This document shows, in pieces, positions 16,305 through 20,000 of a stretch of DNA of 20,000 nucleotides. Position 1 is the first letter of the stretch; the number at the start of each line of letters is the position of its first letter. The position numbers and the translations under genes are program-made. This DNA comes from an uncultured virus (IMG/VR IMGVR_UViG_3300042940_002333) (Duplodnaviria; Heunggongvirae; Uroviricota; Caudoviricetes): the IMG/VR virus record IMGVR_UViG_3300042940_002333. One strand, given 5' to 3'. The notes under the pieces were generated by a model, which worked only from the letters and a program-made list of their open reading frames with translations, ran no database searches and was not told the DNA's origin.

Positions 16305-17267
16305 ATGGCATCATTAAAAAAAGGCGACAAAGGAGCTGCGGTAAAGAAGCTGCAAGAGCTATTAGGCATAACTCCAGATGGAGATTTCGGAACAGGCACG
16401 GAAATCAAAGTTCGTGAATACCAAAAAGCAAATGGACTAACGGCCGACGGAGTTATTGGAAACGGAACAGCGTCAAAGTTGGGATTCAAGATCGAAGATT
16501 ATCTTTCTACCGACTTGAGAACATCTGGCGTAGTTAAACCTGCTACTGCTAATTCACCTGCCGATTCGTATAATACGGATCTCGAACTTACCATAAATAG
16601 AAAAATGCTGGATGCTGACGAGTACACTCCCGCAAATCTTACTAAATACTGGCTTTTATTACACCATACTGCCGGCAGTCACAATCCTTATGCTACTGTT
16701 GACCAATGGAACAATGATACCAGGGGAAGAATTGCGACACAATTTGTTATTGGCGGACTTTCTACGACAAATGGTGACGCTAAACACGACGGAGTTGTGG
16801 TTGAATGCTTCCCAGAGGGATCTTGGGCTTCTCATATTGGAGCAAACGGAAATTCACGGTTACATCCAGAGTCGGTTGGCATAGAAGTTTGTAATTACGG
16901 ATACCTAACCAAACAAGCTGACGGATCTTTCTTGAACTATGTTGGTGGAAAAGTGCCAAATGACGCTGTTTGTGATTTAGGATTTAAGTTCAATGGACAC
17001 CAATACTACCACGCATACACCGACAAGCAAATACACTCTCTTGTGCTTTTGATAAAAGAAATCGCTAAGAGAAATCCGAGCATTGATTTAAAACAAGGAT
17101 TATTGAACTGGCTCTCAAAAGAAGCACCGGTAGTTGCGTTTGGATACAAAAAAGAGGCTTTTGACGGAACAGTAAAAGGTATGTTTGTTCACACAAATAT
17201 CCGCGCTGATAAAACCGATATGTCACCACAACCAAAATTAGTAGCCGCGCTTAGAAATTTGCTTTAA
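16305..17267 (+). CDS. Endolysin: PG_binding_1 domain + Amidase_2-type N-acetylmuramoyl-L-alanine amidase
   Basis: LKKGDKGAAVKKLQ..DGDFGTGTE..YQKANGLTADGVIG (PG binding); LLHHTAG, SVGIEVCN and HTNIRADKTD (Zn ligands). Confidence 0.92.
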   Translation: MASLKKGDKGAAVKKLQELLGITPDGDFGTGTEIKVREYQKANGLTADGVIGNGTASKLGFKIEDYLSTDLRTSGVVKPATANSPADSYNTDLELTINRKMLDADEYTPANLTKYWLLLHHTAGSHNPYATVDQWNNDTRGRIATQFVIGGLSTTNGDAKHDGVVVECFPEGSWASHIGANGNSRLHPESVGIEVCNYGYLTKQADGSFLNYVGGKVPNDAVCDLGFKFNGHQYYHAYTDKQIHSLVLLIKEIAKRNPSIDLKQGLLNWLSKEAPVVAFGYKKEAFDGTVKGMFVHTNIRADKTDMSPQPKLVAALRNLL

Positions 17268-17280
17268 CAAGTTTTGAACA

Positions 17281-17301
17281 GGTGAACGATTGCCGTTCAC
17301 T
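17281..17301 (+). terminator. Hairpin after endolysin (possible terminator or processing site)
   Basis: GTGAACG-ATTGC-CGTTCAC perfect 7-bp stem; downstream tail is AT-rich but not a clean T run. Confidence 0.45.
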
Positions 17302-17343
17302 ATAATTATCGGTAAAAATCTACTAATTATTTCAAATTTGTTA

Positions 17344-17353
17344 TATTTTTGCA
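17344..17353 (+). promoter_or_regulatory. Possible Bacteroidota -7 element
   Basis: TATTTTTGCA just upstream of ATG 17357; no clear -33 TTTG. Confidence 0.35.
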
Positions 17354-17356
17354 GGG

Positions 17357-19102
17357 ATGGATAGCAAACCTTTACTATCAAGAATTTCCCGTGAGGGAAA
17401 CTTTGAAAATTCGTTGGCGTACAAGGCTTCCGACGAGTCGCTTGATCGTGTAGGCGATTTTTTAGAGGGTACAGATCCTAATGTTTCAAGCAACAAGATA
17501 ACAAGACTTAGTAATACTCTTGTTTTTGCTATTCAAAATCCTACTGCTGTTCCTCAAACTGTTGATCTTTTCGGGTTCACAAATAACCTATTTTTAGGTG
17601 CACCAGTTAATCCTCCTCCGAGTATTCTTCAACCTGTCCTTACACCTGTTGGTCTAGGGCCGGTTGACGCTGCATTTTGTCCGTTTAATAATTTCATTTA
17701 TACAGCAGACCCTATTTCGAGTACCGTAGAGGTTATTGATACTGTAACAAATACTGTTTTTGCTACAATCCCTACACCTGGTTTCTTTGGAACATCAATA
17801 GCTTATTGCCCAACTAATAATCAAATGTATGTTGGTGATTCGCTTGGGGCTACAATTATTAGAATTGATTGTGCGACAAACGCGATTGTAGGTGTTCCTA
17901 TCATACCGACGGTTGTTCCACAAACGGCTGGATTAACATATAATTCAGTAAACAACAGTATGTATGTAGTTGGACTTGGAGGTCCTATTATGTGTGAAAT
18001 AAGTTGCGTAACAAATTTAGCGACACCTTTTTTCATTGTTGTAGGTGCGGCGTTTTTACAAAGAGCGGCGTTTAGTCCTGTTTTAAACAGAATATATGTA
18101 ACTGATTCTATAACAAATAATGTTTTTACCATTGATTGTTTGACGAACTTAACTATTCTTGCTACTGTAACCGGTCTTGTTGGATTGCAGAGTATTTCTT
18201 TATGCTCATCGAACAACTCTGTTTATATGCTTGGTTTTACAAGTAATAACGTGATAGGATTAGACACGCTTACAAACATACTTACTCCGATCATACCTGT
18301 TTTAGCGAATAACCCAGCAGATATTTGTTATAATCCAATAAATAATCTTCTTTATGTTACAAAACTAACAAACCAAGTTGCTATTATTGATCCAGTTACA
18401 AATACTGTTTTAAGTTTTTTCTTATCTGGTATTACATCGACAGCTATTATTGTTTATAATGATATATCTAACTCTGTTGGTCTTTTAGCTAATGGTGGTG
18501 CTGCTGGTGAATATGTAGCTTTTGTGCCGATAGCTCCTCCGTCAGCAGTTGTTACTCTTAATGGTGGATTTACCTTAACCGATATTTACCGAGATCTTCA
18601 AGGAAAGTCTTTTTTGTTAGAGGGTGTAAAGATGATAGTTAACTCTATCGATCAGTTAGCGAATAACATAATTGTTAGCCAAAAAACTATTACCGGTAAT
18701 GACGAGTTATTACAGTTCCAGCCGTTAAATTATGTTTCTCCTACAAATCCAAATGCGTTAATAATTGACGCTGCGGATTTCAATATTATGGTAGACAGGA
18801 ATACAAATGTTGATTTAACTATAAACCCTTTATCGTCTTTAGTCATATCGTTTACGATTGGAAGACAAGTTGATAATACAACGCCTCTGTTTGAGGATAT
18901 ATCGAAAGACTGGGGAGCTGGCGCCGACGTATCGGATGTTGTTAGGCTTACAGGAAACCCAATAGTTGATGCTATATTAGAGGCAGAGGCTCAAAAAATA
19001 CTTAGCGATTCTAACTATACCAGTATTGTTCAGTACGCAGAATACCCAAGAGTAACAGGAAATCCAGTTGCTGATATTGCACTACTAAATCAAGGCTTAT
19101 AA
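17357..19102 (+). CDS. YncE/YVTN-type beta-propeller inserted within a putative jelly-roll (capsid-like) domain
   Basis: About 7 blades of ~42 aa (..CP.NN.IYV....N.V.VID..TN) at ~17630-18525; flanked by LVFAIQNPT..TVDLFG and a beta-rich C-domain (SFLLEGVKM..QL..IID..VDRNT..LVISF). Confidence 0.75.
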   Translation: MDSKPLLSRISREGNFENSLAYKASDESLDRVGDFLEGTDPNVSSNKITRLSNTLVFAIQNPTAVPQTVDLFGFTNNLFLGAPVNPPPSILQPVLTPVGLGPVDAAFCPFNNFIYTADPISSTVEVIDTVTNTVFATIPTPGFFGTSIAYCPTNNQMYVGDSLGATIIRIDCATNAIVGVPIIPTVVPQTAGLTYNSVNNSMYVVGLGGPIMCEISCVTNLATPFFIVVGAAFLQRAAFSPVLNRIYVTDSITNNVFTIDCLTNLTILATVTGLVGLQSISLCSSNNSVYMLGFTSNNVIGLDTLTNILTPIIPVLANNPADICYNPINNLLYVTKLTNQVAIIDPVTNTVLSFFLSGITSTAIIVYNDISNSVGLLANGGAAGEYVAFVPIAPPSAVVTLNGGFTLTDIYRDLQGKSFLLEGVKMIVNSIDQLANNIIVSQKTITGNDELLQFQPLNYVSPTNPNALIIDAADFNIMVDRNTNVDLTINPLSSLVISFTIGRQVDNTTPLFEDISKDWGAGADVSDVVRLTGNPIVDAILEAEAQKILSDSNYTSIVQYAEYPRVTGNPVADIALLNQGL

Positions 19103-19103
19103 A

Positions 19104-19529
19104 ATGAATAAGACAATAAAATACATAATAGGAATTGCCGTGATCATAGTGATCATTGTAGTGTTTATGTCGTTTACTCCATCACAAGATAATGTTTTGG
19201 ATCAAACTAAGAAAAATAAGGTCGATGGTATGTTCGCGATATGGCTTGAAGTTGCCGGTTCTGGAGACAGAGCTACTCTTATTCAAAATCAAGTTAGTAT
19301 TAAGCAAGACTTGTATGATAAATTAAATATAGAAGAAATATCTTCTTTAACAGCTTACAGTATTGCTCTCAAAGATATGCTTAAATCAAAAGGTCAGCCT
19401 TTTAGTACTGAGTTTTTAAATTCCCTAGCGTACCTTACAGCAAACTTTGTTTCGGCAAAAGCTATTGTCGGGAAAACAAACGCGGTCAATTTATTCAACA
19501 ATTTTGGATTAAGTAATGTAAATGTTTAA
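19104..19529 (+). CDS. N-terminally anchored membrane protein, helical
   Basis: MNKTIKYIIGIAVIIVIIVVFMSF TM segment. Confidence 0.8.
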   Translation: MNKTIKYIIGIAVIIVIIVVFMSFTPSQDNVLDQTKKNKVDGMFAIWLEVAGSGDRATLIQNQVSIKQDLYDKLNIEEISSLTAYSIALKDMLKSKGQPFSTEFLNSLAYLTANFVSAKAIVGKTNAVNLFNNFGLSNVNV

Positions 19530-19554
19530 AATGTAATGTAAAAAGTAAAGAAAA

Positions 19555-20000
19555 ATGGAAAAATTAAGAGAAATGATGAAAAATAGAACATTCTGGTTAG
19601 TTGTACTAATCGTAGTGTTCGTGATAATTTTTATAATCTATATCCGTAAACGCGGTAAGGAAAAAGAGCAGGGCGAGTTTGCCAAGCAAATTAAAAAAGA
19701 AGCGATTAAGGATAAGATTACTGAGAAAGAGCAGGAGTTAAACCAATACTTGCGTAAACTTTGGGCTGAATACGCTTTCTGGATGCGTCAATATGTTATT
19801 GCTTACTTTAATGGATCTGCCGACGTGAATGATACTACAAAGCGTATGCTAAAAACCCAAGACCAAATCGGAAGATCTCTTGGTATGTGGTATGGCGAAA
19901 ATAACGGCGCTAAGATTTCCAGCGTAATGAAAGCACAGCTTGTTTCTTTTGGAGATATGCTTAGTGGAATGATAAGCAGGGATAAGAATACTTCGGTGAT
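19555..20000 (+). CDS. N-anchored membrane protein with helical-bundle domain; runs off the window (not in ORF track)
   Basis: Translated by hand: MEKLREMMKNRTFWLVVLIVVFVIIFIIYIRKRGK..LRKLWAEYAFWMRQYVIA..RMLKTQDQIGRSLGMWYGENNG..; open to 20000. Confidence 0.85.
   Translation, partial: MEKLREMMKNRTFWLVVLIVVFVIIFIIYIRKRGKEKEQGEFAKQIKKEAIKDKITEKEQELNQYLRKLWAEYAFWMRQYVIAYFNGSADVNDTTKRMLKTQDQIGRSLGMWYGENNGAKISSVMKAQLVSFGDMLSGMISRDKNTSV

Noticed and set aside
16612..16884. Alternative-frame + strand ORF with a hydrophobic stretch inside the amidase (embedded spanin or holin?)
   Set aside because: No Cys, so no lipobox; no A-rich leader; overlaps the catalytic core. Probably incidental.
1180..18216. 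All minus-strand ORFs in the track (1180, 2033, 2438, 2943, 6655, 8017, 8971, 9065, 13563, 14047, 15970, 16280, 17821)
   Set aside because: They are antisense shadows of well-supported, coupled + strand genes, with no recognisable motifs.
1..20000. Eukaryotic giant-virus origin, suggested by Cys-rich tail-anchored proteins and A-rich leaders
   Set aside because: Holin, PG-binding amidase, muramidase, TAATG coupling and Bacteroidota-type promoters indicate a bacterial host.
1..20000. Alternative genetic code (stop-codon reassignment as in some crAss-like phages)
   Set aside because: Standard code 11 gives near-complete coding density, and TAG/TGA end genes at sensible boundaries (9105, 10973, 16249).

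Overview
AT-rich, densely packed window in which every credible gene (about 29, including four not in the ORF track) is on the + strand, many coupled by TAATG/ATGA overlaps. It reads as the structural/lysis region of a bacterial virus. The evidence is a holin (13768-14214), a PG-binding + amidase endolysin (16305-17267), a membrane-anchored lambda-R-like muramidase (4702-5409) and several fibre/spike genes (9370-16054). A-rich, SD-less translation starts and TTTG-N19/20-TAnnTTTG promoters point to a Bacteroidota host. No portal, terminase, tape-measure or baseplate gene is recognisable. Instead there are about 15 membrane-anchored proteins, a small penton-like beta protein, two spikes with an identical N-terminal peptide plus poly-Gly hinge, and a capsid-like beta domain interrupted by a beta-propeller. 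My best inference is an undescribed lipid-containing, probably tailless, Bacteroidota virus with modular vertex spikes and possibly proteolytic maturation at a recurrent E-S-x-[FY] motif. Family calls come from motif recognition by eye; no searches were run.
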